Below are positions 41,461 through 53,720 of a stretch of 64,000 nt of DNA, in pieces (position 1 is the first letter of the stretch; each line of letters opens with the position of its first letter). The position numbers were made by a program, and so were the translations under genes. A model generated the notes under the pieces. The model ran no database searches. It saw only the letters and a list, made by a program, of their open reading frames with translations, and was not told where the DNA came from. Source of the stretch: Octopus sinensis (lineage: Eukaryota); NCBI RefSeq assembly GCF_006345805.1, contig NC_042997.1, forward strand, positions 63,302,001-63,366,000, written 5' to 3'.

Positions 41461-41506
41461 TTTTTCTATTCTTATAGTGATACACAGAAACTTATCTTCC
41501 ATAACG

Positions 41507-42082
41507 GTTATATTTATATATGTAGTCGTTGACTACCTTCTCTTTTCCACCAGGCCGCTGGTAGCGATAAATTTCTATTGAATTTTTTGCTACCCTAAAT
41601 TGACTAATTGATAATTTTCTGATTAATTCTGAGATTGAATCGGCAGTTTATATTTACTGCTGATAAGTTTGGCGGCGAATGCGTCAGTCTTGAAAATTTT
41701 AAGTCAGATATCCCGTAGGCATCGATACAGACGCCTCGTGTATATTGTCTCTCCAGGTCTTTTACTGATGAAGTGTAACCTATGGTAGATTGGCTTAATT
41801 TTATTTTAATTAAGCTAATTTAATCATAATGACACAGAAACGTTGCAACGTCTAAAAGATGAATTAGGGTAAATTTTTAAATTTTCACCTAATTCTGAAT
41901 TACTACTACTTGGCGGTGTGAGTTATGGCTGCTCTTTCTGGTGGACGAATGACCTGTTAGGGTCACTCCTAAATTGTTATATTTATATATGTAGTCGTTG
42001 ACTACCTTCTCTTTTCCACCAGGCCGCTGGTAGCGATAAATTTCTATTGAATTTTTTGCTACCCTAAATTGACTAATTGATA
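41507..42082 (+). mobile_element. Non-coding hammerhead-bearing repeat unit (469 nt monomer plus 107 bp terminal redundancy)
   Basis: 41507-41613 is identical to 41976-42082; hammerhead at 41758-41859; many local hairpins; followed by (TA)n. Confidence 0.8.
41758..41859 (+). ncRNA. Type I hammerhead ribozyme with extended stem II, intact core
   Basis: TCTTTTA CTGATGA A [GTGT..TATG..AGATT GGCTTAATT ttatttt AATTAAGCT AATTT..CATA..ACAC] A GAAA CGTTGCAACG TC TAAAAGA: perfect 7 bp stem I, 63 nt stem II hairpin, palindromic stem III, GUC triplet with predicted cut between 41852 and 41853. Confidence 0.85.
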
Positions 42083-42273
42083 TATATATATATATATATC
42101 CGGACAAACGGATTCAGTTTCCGTCTACCAAAGCCTTGTGAGTGGTGGCTTTGGTCGGCACGAGGCTATAGTAGAAAACACTTGCCCATGGTGCCACGCA
42201 GTGGGACTTAACCTGGAACCCTGTGGTTGGTAACCAAGCTACTTACCACACAGCCACTCCTACGCCTACATAT

Positions 42274-42305
<32 letters not shown>

Positions 42306-42605
42306 ATATATATATATATAATATATATATATATATTTATTTATTTATCTATATGCATTTATCTATTTATCTATTGGCATGTACGTGTTTGTACATGTGC
42401 GTACATGTTTGTTTCTATGTAGCGCAATGTTTACTTTCCGATTCACCTGTCTTTTTATAACTCACGTGCTTCGTTCAGAGCTGTTACTAAATTTCTTGTA
42501 TATGCTTTCAGATATATTATAAAACTTCCGATATTTGCTGATATATTTTCGTCTTTGTATGTCAATAAACTATAAAATATAAATAAGTAAACATTACTAT
42601 TGATT

Positions 42606-44185
42606 AATAATCTTTTCAACTCTAGGCATAATGCGCGAAATATTTTCATTTGGGGGAGGGGGGCAGTCGATTACATCGACCCCAGTGCGCAACTGGTACT
42701 TAATTTATTGACTCCGAAAGGATGAAAGGCAAAGTCGACCTCGGTGGAATTTGAACTCAGAACGTAGCGACATACGAAATACCTATGTCTTTACTACCCA
42801 CAATGGGCTAAACACAGAGGAGACAAACAAGGACAGACAGACGGATTAAGTTAATTATATCGACCCAAGTGCGTAACTGGTACTTAATTTATCGACCCCG
42901 AAAGGATGAAAGGCAAAGTCGACCTCGGCGGAATTTGAACTCAGAACGTAGCGGCAGACGAAATACTGCTGAGCATTTCGCCCGGCGTGCTTGCGTTTCT
43001 GCCAGCTCACCGCCTTCTATTGAGTAATAATAAGAATAATAGTTATAATAACAAAAATAATAATTCTTTCTAATTTTCGTACAGGGCCAGAAATTGGGGG
43101 CAGGATAGTTCTTAATTACATCGATTGGAATTACTAGATCAATTTATTTTACCCATCCCGAAAGAATCATAAGCCAAATTAACGTCCGCACAAACTATAT
43201 GAACTCAGAATGCAAAGAGCCCGAAGAAACACCTGTAGGCATTTCATCCCTCGCTTTAAAGTTCCTACCAATCTGTCACCTCAATAATGGTTTCAAACTT
43301 TGGCACTAGGCCAGCAATGTCGGGGGAGGGGCTAAGTCAATTACATCGCCCCCACTGTTCAAATCGTACTTATCTTATCGACTCCGAAATGATAAAAAGC
43401 AAAGTCGACCTCGGGCGGAATTTGGAACCAGAAAATAAAGAAGAGCGAAATGCAGTTAAGTACTTTGCCCTGCATGCTAACGATTCTGCCAGGTCACCGC
43501 TGTTTGCTATTTTAATAATAATAATGATAACAACAACAACAATAATTTCTATTATTTCTGATGTAGGCATAAGGACAGAAATCTTAGAGGAAGAGTATAA
43601 TCAATTACCTCAGCCCAGTTCTTGACTGGTACTTATTTTACCGACTTCAAAAGGACGAAAGGCAAAGTAGACTTCAGGGGATTTTGAACTCAAGGCGTAA
43701 AGACATGGAATGACGCTAAGCATCCTGTCCGGTGAGCTAAATATTCTACAGTCTACCACCTTTATAATAATGGCTTCAAATTTTGGCACAAGGCCAGCAA
43801 GTTTAGAGAGCGGTTAAGTCGACTCCAGTATTCCAGTTACTCAAGTGTTACATATTTTATCAAGAATGAAAGGCAAAGTCAAACTTGGCGGAATTTATAC
43901 TCAAAACGTAAGGACGGACGAAATGCCGCTAAGCATTTTACCCGGCTTACAAACGATTCTTGCAGCTCGTCGGCTTAATGATAATAATAATAATCCTTTC
44001 AACTGTAGGAGCTACTTAGTCGATTACACCTACCCCAGTACTCAACTGGTTCTTATTTCATCGACCCCGAAGGGATGAAAGGCAAAGTCGACCTCGATAG
44101 AATTTGAACTCAAAACGTAAAGACGGACGAAATGTCATTAAGTATTTTATCCGACGTGGTAACGAGTCTGCCAGCTTGCTAACAT
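42606..44185 (-). mobile_element. Array of family X SINEs, all on the minus strand
   Basis: Units at about 42606-43017 (dimer), 43064-43283, 43285-43500, 43545-43762, 43765-43977 and 43990-44185, each with the ggatgaaaggcaaagtcgacctcggcggaatttgaactc core in varying decay, separated by (AAT)-like spacers. Confidence 0.85.
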
Positions 44186-44349
44186 CACGATAATAATGAT
44201 AATGATTGTTTTCTTTATTAACTACTAAGGGTTTACAAAAAACATTGGCGTCGTTAGAAGGCAACACAACGTGTGGTTATATAAAATGGAGCATTTAAAC
44301 TGAAAATGATAAAATAAGTTTTAACAATGAAAAATTACTCAAAAGAACG

Positions 44350-47300
44350 TGACATCCTAGAACTGGTTGTGGAAACCCCACGAGGCCTCTACCGTTAGGG
44401 TAAATGCCCTTTCATCGTCGTCAATAGGCACAGGTTTAGATTAGGTCTGTTCACTCGGTCCATTCTTGCAACTTTCACTCGCCTTTTAATAAAATGGATG
44501 GGAGGCTGTAGTTTCCTCTCTATCATAACTTTCCTTTTGAAGTGAGGCTTGAAATGTTGATGAGGACATAGCCAAAGGGGAAAATATCTATCTTCAGCTC
44601 CAAGACGTTATTGGACTACATAGACCTGACTCTCCAAGTGCCAACATACAGTTCCACTCACTTTCTTGGTCAGTTCTTTCTCCTGTTACCGCTTCGTATA
44701 CTGTTATAGCAGTAACAACCAGGTCTATGTGCCTGGTGTTCGACATTATGACGATGATATTGTGTGCATATCCCGATGCGGTTCTCCCAAGGTTGCGCGG
44801 AATGTCTCTCAACGCCTCTAATTTATGCAGTAGTGGCTCAAGAGCCAGTACATGACGAAGAGACGAGAGCGAACAACATTGACGGACCGAGAACATGATG
44901 CTGAATGGTTTCAATTGGTAAATATTCACTTGAGCTACTGAATAGATATTGCTGTACATTTCGGTGATCCAGCCACAAAAAAAAAACGGGAACAAAACCA
45001 ACAGCCTAAACCTCAGGTCCTTTCCCAGCTGTTCCACCAAACCTTGATTCACAGAGCTTGTTCTTCCGTTATGCTGCCAATAACTGTGAATATCTGCTAA
45101 AAGAACACCAAAGAAGTCTGGCATTTAAAAGTAAAGCCCTTAGGGCAGACTCAACAAACTAGACGATTTCATACATCATCCCGTACAATCCATCATCACA
45201 TCCCGTATTTTCGCGACTGTTATCGGCATTTTGGAATGCTCCGACCACTTTGGGGACTGCTGTGGCATGCCGTCAACGTAGGTGTGGAAATTCATCATGT
45301 GTCCCGAACTGCCGTTGTTTCCTAACAGTTGAGCGAAGTGCTGATGAAATGCAACACAAATTCGAGTACTGTGCGCTCACTTTTAGTCCATCAAAGACCG
45401 AATTATGACTTTGTTGTCACATCGCGCATCTCCCACTCAGGCCCATCGAGCAGCTTTCGTCCCCTCGCTTCTTAGAGAATGTGTCTTAGCGCTTACAATG
45501 TATCCTTCGTACTTAGCGTTGAAGAATTGGATCAGTACCGGTCTTGTCACCAGCAAGCCCGTTGCCATGCCTTTCTTACTAAACTTAATTGATTCTACTC
45601 TAATTGTCCTTTTCAAGGCAAACCACCATTTGTTGTTGAAGAGTTATCTCTTCAACAAACGCTTAACTAAGTCACTAATCCAGTATCTCTAAGCCTGGCG
45701 CGCTGGCTGGGAGTGACGCGTTCAGCTTCCAGTAAACGGGTCTGCTTACGAAGTATATCTAGGTCGACCGTGTAGATCACAACACTGCAGGTTGACATGG
45801 AGATAAATATATCTCGTAGGCAGCGAAAATGGAGATGAAATCTGGTCTCACGAACAGCCACGACATATAAACTTAGTGGCCTGAAATCATTGCGAAGGTG
45901 GCTCTCTTTCCAAAGCGACACTAGGCCTTGCACATATGTACAGCCTATTCAGACTATGCTCATGATGCACAATGAATTAAACGCATAATAGGAAAGAGCT
46001 GCTTTCCGTAGTTTGTGACGGACGGTGATAGGTGATCCGTCTCCCTGGTCAGATGCGGGCGTTTCCAAAAGCAGATCTTTGTAAAGTCTCTTTTTACTGT
46101 TTTCTATAAAATTTCCTACCCCATCAAGATATTTGTTCTTTAATGTGTTATATGTGTTTTGTGTTATTTGTATGAATTTTAGGTGTGTATGTATGTCGGT
46201 TGCCTGTGTGATGAAATTACTCATTGTGATGTCCGTATGGTTGAAAGTGCATTCCATTAGTGCGTTTTGGTCGTGTTTATGGCATTCTAGTTGATGATCT
46301 TTAAATTTTTATTCGTGTTGGGATTTGTTACTGTGCTTGTAGTGGTGGTGTCTGTAATAGTATTGGTGGTGGTTACGGTAGTGATGCATATGATGCTGAC
46401 AATTTTAGTGTAGCTGTGGTTTAGGGTAGTATTTGAGCAGTGCTGCTCAAAGGTATCTCCCAATTTGTTCATATCTGTCAGTTTTTGTGTTGGTGCTTTT
46501 GTTTGTATGTTTTTCCCCACTTTCTTTTCTTCACCTTGGTGACCGTTTGCCATTTAGGCTCGTCCAGATGCAGTTCTTTGTAAAGTCTTCTCTTAAAGTT
46601 TTCTATAGAATTTCCTACCCCATCAAGGTATTTGCTTTTTAATATGTTACAGGATACTTCTAGATGGTAATGTGTTACAGGATACCTTTGGGTGGTGGCC
46701 GAAGATGGGAGGGCTATGCCTTGGAGAGTCTGTTGGTATTTTTTTTTCTGGAATAGCTGTTGATACTTAAGGGCTTTCAGATGCTGCTGTTGCTGTTGTT
46801 TTAGGTGGTGATGCTACTGCTGTGGTTGCTGTAGTTATTATTGTTGCACTTCTTTTCGTTGCTGTTAGTTTCTGTTTTGTTGTTGGTGATGTTGTGACCA
46901 CCTGTCTCTGTCGGTTCTGTTGCTGCTATTGTTGTGGTTGAGGTGGCTGAGGTGGTAGTGGTGATGATGTCGGCAAAAGTGTTGGTTTCCTTTGCTTTTG
47001 GCAAAAGCCATGAAGTCATTTGTGTCACACACGGGTGACACCTCAGCCTTCTGTCTTCAAATGCCACATGAATGTCTGTGGAATCTGGTCGGATCATGAA
47101 GTTTGGGATTACCTCAACATTGGATCATCCGCCCGCATTTATAAATGCATACACAGTCCTAACCATCTCTGCTTCTGTATTTCCTGTACCTGTAAATACT
47201 GTTTTATTTTCTTCAATTTCGAAGAAAACCGCTGCCACTAGCCAGCAGATGTTGATTTCTGGAGGTATATTTAACTTTCTTATTTTAAACACCTCTCGGC

Positions 47301-48050
47301 CAATGTAAATGTGTGGTTATTCAATTCTTTTTCAATTCTTTCTCTGAGACGAACCACACTTCGACATTTCCATATTTTTTGCCCCTGGCTATATAAGTTT
47401 TGTTCTTCCAAATTGGACACAGGAATTTTTCTTATATGCTGGTGTGTTGCTGTATTCTTCTATTTCTTGTTCCAATAGTTTTGCATAAAACTGTCCGCAA
47501 ATTTGTTTCTTGCTCGACAGATCTAGGGACATTCCGTTCCACATTTCGCCCAGATTTCTCCAACGTATATTTTGCACTTTTAAATCAGTTTTTATTAAAA
47601 ACATTTTCTTCACAAGTTTGCTGCGTTGCGACGGCAAAGTAGCTAACTACAGAGTTGCACGATCCGTATCCCTCTTCTCCTTCTTTTCGTTAATGATGTT
47701 GGTGGTGGTGGATTTGCTGTTGCCGATGGTGATACTGGCGGTGCCAGTGTTATCACTAGTATGGTTATTACTTTTTGCAGTCACAGATCTATTTTGTTCT
47801 TCCTCTGATGGTAATGCTGAAATTTTTAGTAGCGGAAAGTTATTCTTACACATTTTTTGCGCTTATGTGTGTGTGTGTGATGTTGTCGTTGCTGTTGTTA
47901 TTGTAGCTACTGCTGTCACTGACTTTTGCAATCTGGCTGTTCTGTTCTGCGGATTACTGGCTGTTCTTTTCAGCGGACGAGTAATCCTCATCCGCCATCT
48001 TTATTTTTTAATAAACATTGAGGGCGTGTTTTTTAAACAAAACCCAATCT
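44350..48050 (-). mobile_element. Decayed near-full-length Tx1/L1-clade LINE (ORF1-like region 48000-45950; ORF2 APE/RT remnants 45933-44350)
   Basis: ORF 44594-45124 reads GWITEMYSNIYSVAQVN...PFSIMFSVRQCCSLSSL..LALEPLLHKL..GYAHNI..YEAVTG (L1-type RT motifs); 45667-45933 reads like an APE N-terminus (VVAVRETR); upstream T/N-rich ORF1-like fragments are inferred to belong to the same element. Confidence 0.7.
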
Positions 48051-48159
48051 AACCCATAAGGTCTACAAGTTGTCCTTGTCAATTAAACTATACAACAATA
48101 ACAAATGTACAATGTACATAATGTAAATAACAGCAATACGTGTCAATAGACCAGCAACA

Positions 48160-48600
48160 ATGAGAACAACAAAATAACAACAACAACAATAATAATCATT
48201 CCTTTATTCGTCACAAGGGCTGAACACAAAACAAATAGGGGGGATAAAATACAAGTGTGTTGAAGAATGCCGTGTATACAATGAATACAAAAACAATTCA
48301 CAAAACGATTAAACAATAAAACTCCCCAAAAGTAGGAAGTTCTTCCCAAGGACAACCGAGAAACCCTACACATTGTGGTCATCCCGACTGCCAGATGCAG
48401 CTCAGCAGGCACCTGTCTCCTTCTCAACTCCACCGGTTTACAAACGAAAGTTCAGAGTAGGCCCGATCACATGGGCCATCCTCGTCACATTCACGCTTCT
48501 TTTAACAAATTTACTGTGGGCAGAACTTCTCTATCTACTCTTACTCTCCTTTTGAAGAAGAACTTGAAAAGTCAATGGGGGCTTGACTGAAGAGGAAAAT
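48160..48600 (-). mobile_element. Tx1-like LINE 3' terminal fragment
   Basis: Minus strand reads KRSVNVTRMAHV, matching KRWVNVARMARM just after the 20392-21090 ORF; 3' end cattcctttattcgtcacaagggct resembles 19920-19950. Confidence 0.6.
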
Positions 48601-48751
48601 ATCTATCTTTAGTCCTTTCAATCACGTCCATCACACTACCTCATTCGCTATAGTCACGCGAGAGATGAAAACTTGTTTTCCTTCACAGCCAAAAGAAGGC
48701 AGCGGGGCGATCTTCATGATGATGATGACAATGATGATGATAATAATAATG

Positions 48752-48785
<34 letters not shown>

Positions 48786-49599
48786 TAATAGTAATAATAA
48801 TAATAATGAGAAGAAGAAAAAAGAAATAGTAGAGAGTAGGAAAATTAGAATGATGAAGGAGAAGGTGAAATGGAGGCACAAGGAAAAGGGATATATAATA
48901 TAATAATATATATATATATATAATCATACACATATGCATATGTATAAACACACGCATATATGCATGTGTACATATATATGCATGTATATATATATATTAT
49001 ATATATATATGTATGTATAACTATATACATACAGACATACACTGATACATTAATATATATATATATACATATATGTTTATATGTATGCATATGTATACAT
49101 TTATATATATATGTACTCACACACATACACACGCACACACATATATCTATGTACAAATAGAAATACATACAAACGCAGACACACACAAACTCACAAACAC
49201 ACATAACACCTGTAGATATATTTATTTATATATGCCTGTATGTATGTAATTATATGTATATGCATGCATGTATGTATGTATGTAATTATATGTGCATGTA
49301 TGTATGCATGTATGTATGCAAGCATGCATGTATGTATGTATGTGAACATCCGCATGTTCAAAAAAGTTTGCGTTTGCAGCTACATAAAGATGCATAAAAA
49401 TAGATATTCTACTCAACCTGTCAGCCTTCCAGCGTGTGTTCCTGTGTGTCTGGCCGTCACACTGTGCCTCTTTCTATCTCTCTCTCTCTGTCTCACACAC
49501 ACACACACACACATACACGCACACACACACACACTCACAAGGAAAAGGGAGAAAGAGGGAGAGGAGGAGGACGAGGTGAAGTAGCAGTCGTAGTTATAG

Positions 49600-49800
49600 T
49601 AGTTGCAGTAGCAGCAGTAGTAGTAGTATTAGTTGAAGAAGAAGGAGGAGGAGGAGAAGAAGAAGAAGAAGAAGAAGAAGAGAAGAAGAAGAGAAGAAGA
49701 AGAAGAAGAAGAGAAGAAGAAGAGAAGAAGAAGAAGAAGAAGAAGAGAAGAAGAAGAAGAAGAAGAAGAAGAAGAAGAAGAAGAAGAAGAAGAAAAAGAA
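49600..49800. repeat. (GTA)n/(GAA)n microsatellite
   Basis: Direct reading. Confidence 0.95.
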
Positions 49801-50437
49801 GAGCGCTTAGCATGAATTTACGTTTCACTTATATTGTGTAAGAAAATATATTTCAAATTTATTTTCTTTATTTTTTGTTTTTCCGTTACATTTACATTCA
49901 TGTTTCGAAATATTAAAACTATATAAGATGATTTCCTTTGTTATAAATGTGCACTACATTGGATAAACTATTTTCTTAATCATAAATATAATTTAATATC
50001 AAGAAATTCCATTTTACTTATTACAATAGAAAGTATTTTGTTGTTTGTATTTTCATTACTTAGCTTCTTCATACATGGAAATTAATATTTTAACTTTTTC
50101 TAAAAAGTAAATAAATAAATAAAAGAGAGGTAGATTGATAAACAGGATATTAATATTGCATGTAAAAATATTTTCCTGCAATAATATTTTGCATGAATTT
50201 CTTTCTTGTTTATCAGGTGATCTGCTCTTAACTTGTCAGGTGTTCTTTGATAATCTCTCCATCAACTGTAACTGATATGAATATATTTCGTAGAATATTA
50301 CATATCTAACCATTCTGACTACCATCTATGAGCCTACATTTGTAAAAATTTCCACTTAAACGAGAACTCTCCAGTTTCAGGTTACTTTAAAGTCAGGCCA
50401 TATGACAAAAAACTGGACACGTTTCTATTTTATTCAG

Positions 50438-51165
50438 TAGGAGTGGCTGTGTGGTAAGTAGCTTGCTTACCAACCACATGGCTCCGGGGTCAGTCCCACT
50501 GCGTGGCACATAGGACAAGTATTTTCTACTGTAGCCTCGTGCCGAACAATGCCTTCTGAGGGGATTTAGTAAACGGAAACTGAAAGAAGCCCGTCGTATA
50601 TATGTATATATAAACACACCTATTTCTTTACTACCCACAAGGGGCTAAAGACAGAAGAGACAAAGAAGGACAGACAGACGAATTAAGTCGATTACATCGA
50701 CCTCAGTGTGTAACTGGTACCTAATTTATCGACCCCGAACGGATGAAAGGCAAAGTCGACATCGGCGGGATTTGAACTCAGAACGTAGCAGCAGACGAAA
50801 TACCGCTAAGAATTTCGTCCGGCCTGCTAACGATTCTGCCGATATAAACACACCGATGCAGGTGTGTTTACGTCGCCGTAACTTAGCGGTTCGGCAAAAG
50901 GGACCGGTAGAATAAGTACTAGGCTTACAAAGAGTAAGGCCCGGGGTCGATTTGCTCGACTAAAGGCGGTGCTCCAGCATGGCTGTAGTCAAATGACTGA
51001 AACAAGTAAAAGAGTAAAGGAGATAGACCGAAGTATATTGGTTGAATTCTGGCACTAAACCAGCAAGTTCGGGAGAGAGGCAAGTCGATTACATTAACTC
51101 CAATACTTAGCTAGTACTTATTTTATCGAACCCGAAAGAATGAGAGGCAAAGTCGACCTCTGTGG
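50438..51165. mobile_element. Nested SINE cluster: family Y (+) split by a family X monomer (-, 50620-50830), plus a family X fragment (-, 51050-51165)
   Basis: Matches to the family X and Y copies listed above. Confidence 0.75.
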
Positions 51166-53339
51166 CAGTTGACATCAATGGATCAAACTATATTGAAAAA
51201 TAACCAAATTGCAATTGAACTCTTATTGAAGGCGAGACCTTAGGTTGTATTGCATAACGTGTAAACGGTGATTATACGTACAAACTAAAATCTGCAGGAA
51301 AATTTGCTTAGTACAAATTTAAAGATTGATTTTCTAAAATTTTATCCTGGATTTGTACTGAATTGAGTCCTCAGCATTACATGTACATAAGATTTACTGT
51401 GGCTGATTTGAGAATGTTCGAATATGAGCACAATTAGACCGTGTATTATACTAAAACAGGCTCTTCAGTATGACTACAAGAAACGTATTTTAGTAGAAGA
51501 CAGAAGACATTCCGTGAAAAGGAATTGTAAATCAAGAACTTGACACGCTAAAGTGCTTTTTGTATCTGATTGCAGGAAATAAAATATACAAGCAACATTG
51601 GCTGAAAATGTTTATTAAGTTAGTTGATATGGGATATACTATATACATGATGATCGTATATTTATTGGCAACTATTCTCCGTGAATTCGCTAATTGATCT
51701 TCTCAAATGGATCTTCTCAGATGAGCTTTGCGACTACTTGTGTTTTATTATATAGGTTAATACAAAATAAAATGTAAAGTCAAAATGTTCGATTGCGCGA
51801 TTATTGTTCCTGTAATGTTATTTCATTATTTATTACATGGTGCGCTGTTAGCTACTGCACGAAAATATCACCAGTTTAAACTTTATTCGACGGGAATTAG
51901 TATGATTTAGTTATATTCCTTCAGAAGGTTCTTCAGAATATCTAAAATGGGCGCCTGTATTTTATAAGGGAGACGTCAATTTTTATTTAGTGTTACCTCA
52001 GCTCTGATAGAGATTACTTATAAAAGGTAAGCATTCTAATCGTATTTCTTCCCCCAGTTGTTGTTTTTGACGTATAGTTTACGTAAGACTACATCGTCCA
52101 ATATGCTCTTTATAATTCTATAGACGCTACTGTGTGGTTTTAATTAGACTTGGCAGTTATTTCTAGTTGAATTCATCACTTATTCTTCTAATGAGAAGTA
52201 GATAAATAAAATAGAGACCAAAGGTATATAAAAATAATTAATAAGTTATACAGGTCTTCGCTGCTCTAGCTGAAGCTATTATAAAATTGCAACATCTAAG
52301 GGCGAGAATTAATTTATCGATTGAAATACAAAACTTTTGTTGAGGTAGCATTTCGCATGAAGATTAATGATTAGACGATATATAAATGAGTGTTTTATAT
52401 ATAAAACCCGGCTAGCTGTGTATCTTCAGCGAAAGCCGATGATTTTAGGTTAAGGATGGTGAAAGAAGGTATATGATACATCGGTCATCTTTTCCAGTGG
52501 AAGCTCAAGTTTTAATGAATATATAATGATGAGGATGCATTTTGAAAGGCAGAGATTATTACTGAATGATCAATAAGTAGAGCAAATTTCCCTGTCATAT
52601 CTGCAGCAATAAACATATAACATGTAAAAGTATACATATATGCGTTTTGATGATTTTCTAAAGAAAATTAGTTCTCAAATCACTTTTCAATAATGTTCTT
52701 CTTCATCCCTCAATCCACAACTGTTCTTTAATATCGCTTTTTGTTCCGCTTGTATTGATAATGAACTCTGTCACTCTGAACTAGCTGACAAAGGAATAAA
52801 CTTTTCCATTTCTCACTACCCATTTAACTTCCATTAGTCACTCTGAAAATGATGTAACTTATATCATCTCTAAAATTGTACATCTCCACAACTGCTGAAT
52901 TGCATATATTTTCTTTACGCTCATTAACTCCAAAAAATGAAACCTAACTTGTACTCAGTTGTGAAATTTAAAAGCCATGATAGCCGTTCATTTCCGTCTG
53001 ACTAATTGATAAATAGGTACTGTAATATTACGAAGAACACGCAAAGGATTAATTTAAACAACATTTTTCACCAGTGACTTTAACATGACAAAACTTATAC
53101 TTTATATATATGCAATGACATATTAGGTATCCTCAAGTAGAAATACGCTTTTTCGTAGTTGGTAAAGAACTGAAATCTGAGCGAAGCAGACTGACACACA
53201 CTTACAAGATTTATACTGAGTTTTTGGTATAAATTTAACATTTTGCATAAAACGAAAACACAATATTCGACCCAAAAATACATAAAAAACAAGTTTATAA
53301 CTGGGAGATAACAGTTTACTCAAATTGAAAACTGATGAA

Positions 53340-53720
53340 TGTGTTTGTCACTCTCTCCCTGAGTAAATCTTAGGAAACATCCTTGATTTTGGCATCCAAG
53401 TAGATCATGGTGTTGCAAGCAAAGCGGATTATGTCGTTCTCGACTGCACCACAGTCATAGCAAAGTCGGGAGGATTAGGAAGCCAGAAATTGGGGCTGGT
53501 GAAGTCATAGAAAATATCCAACAACCACCTCTGACTCTTTTCCAGTGTATGCCAAAGAGTCCAATCCTGCTGTCACACACATATAGTCTTCCAGCGGCAA
53601 CCATCTCCACCTATGATTTGATTGCCCAGAGTCTGAGTTTTCGAGATAAATTTGAGTCACATAGCTAACTCAATTTAGCTTAAGGCCTTGATCATCAGTT
53701 GTTGAATGAATTCCAGTGTA
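53340..53720 (-). mobile_element. maT/DD37D-like transposase C-terminal remnant
   Basis: Minus strand reads AGRLYV..QQD...KSQRWL.DIFYDFTSPNFWLPNPPD...GAVE...AKIKDV; same family as 930-1255. Confidence 0.7.
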
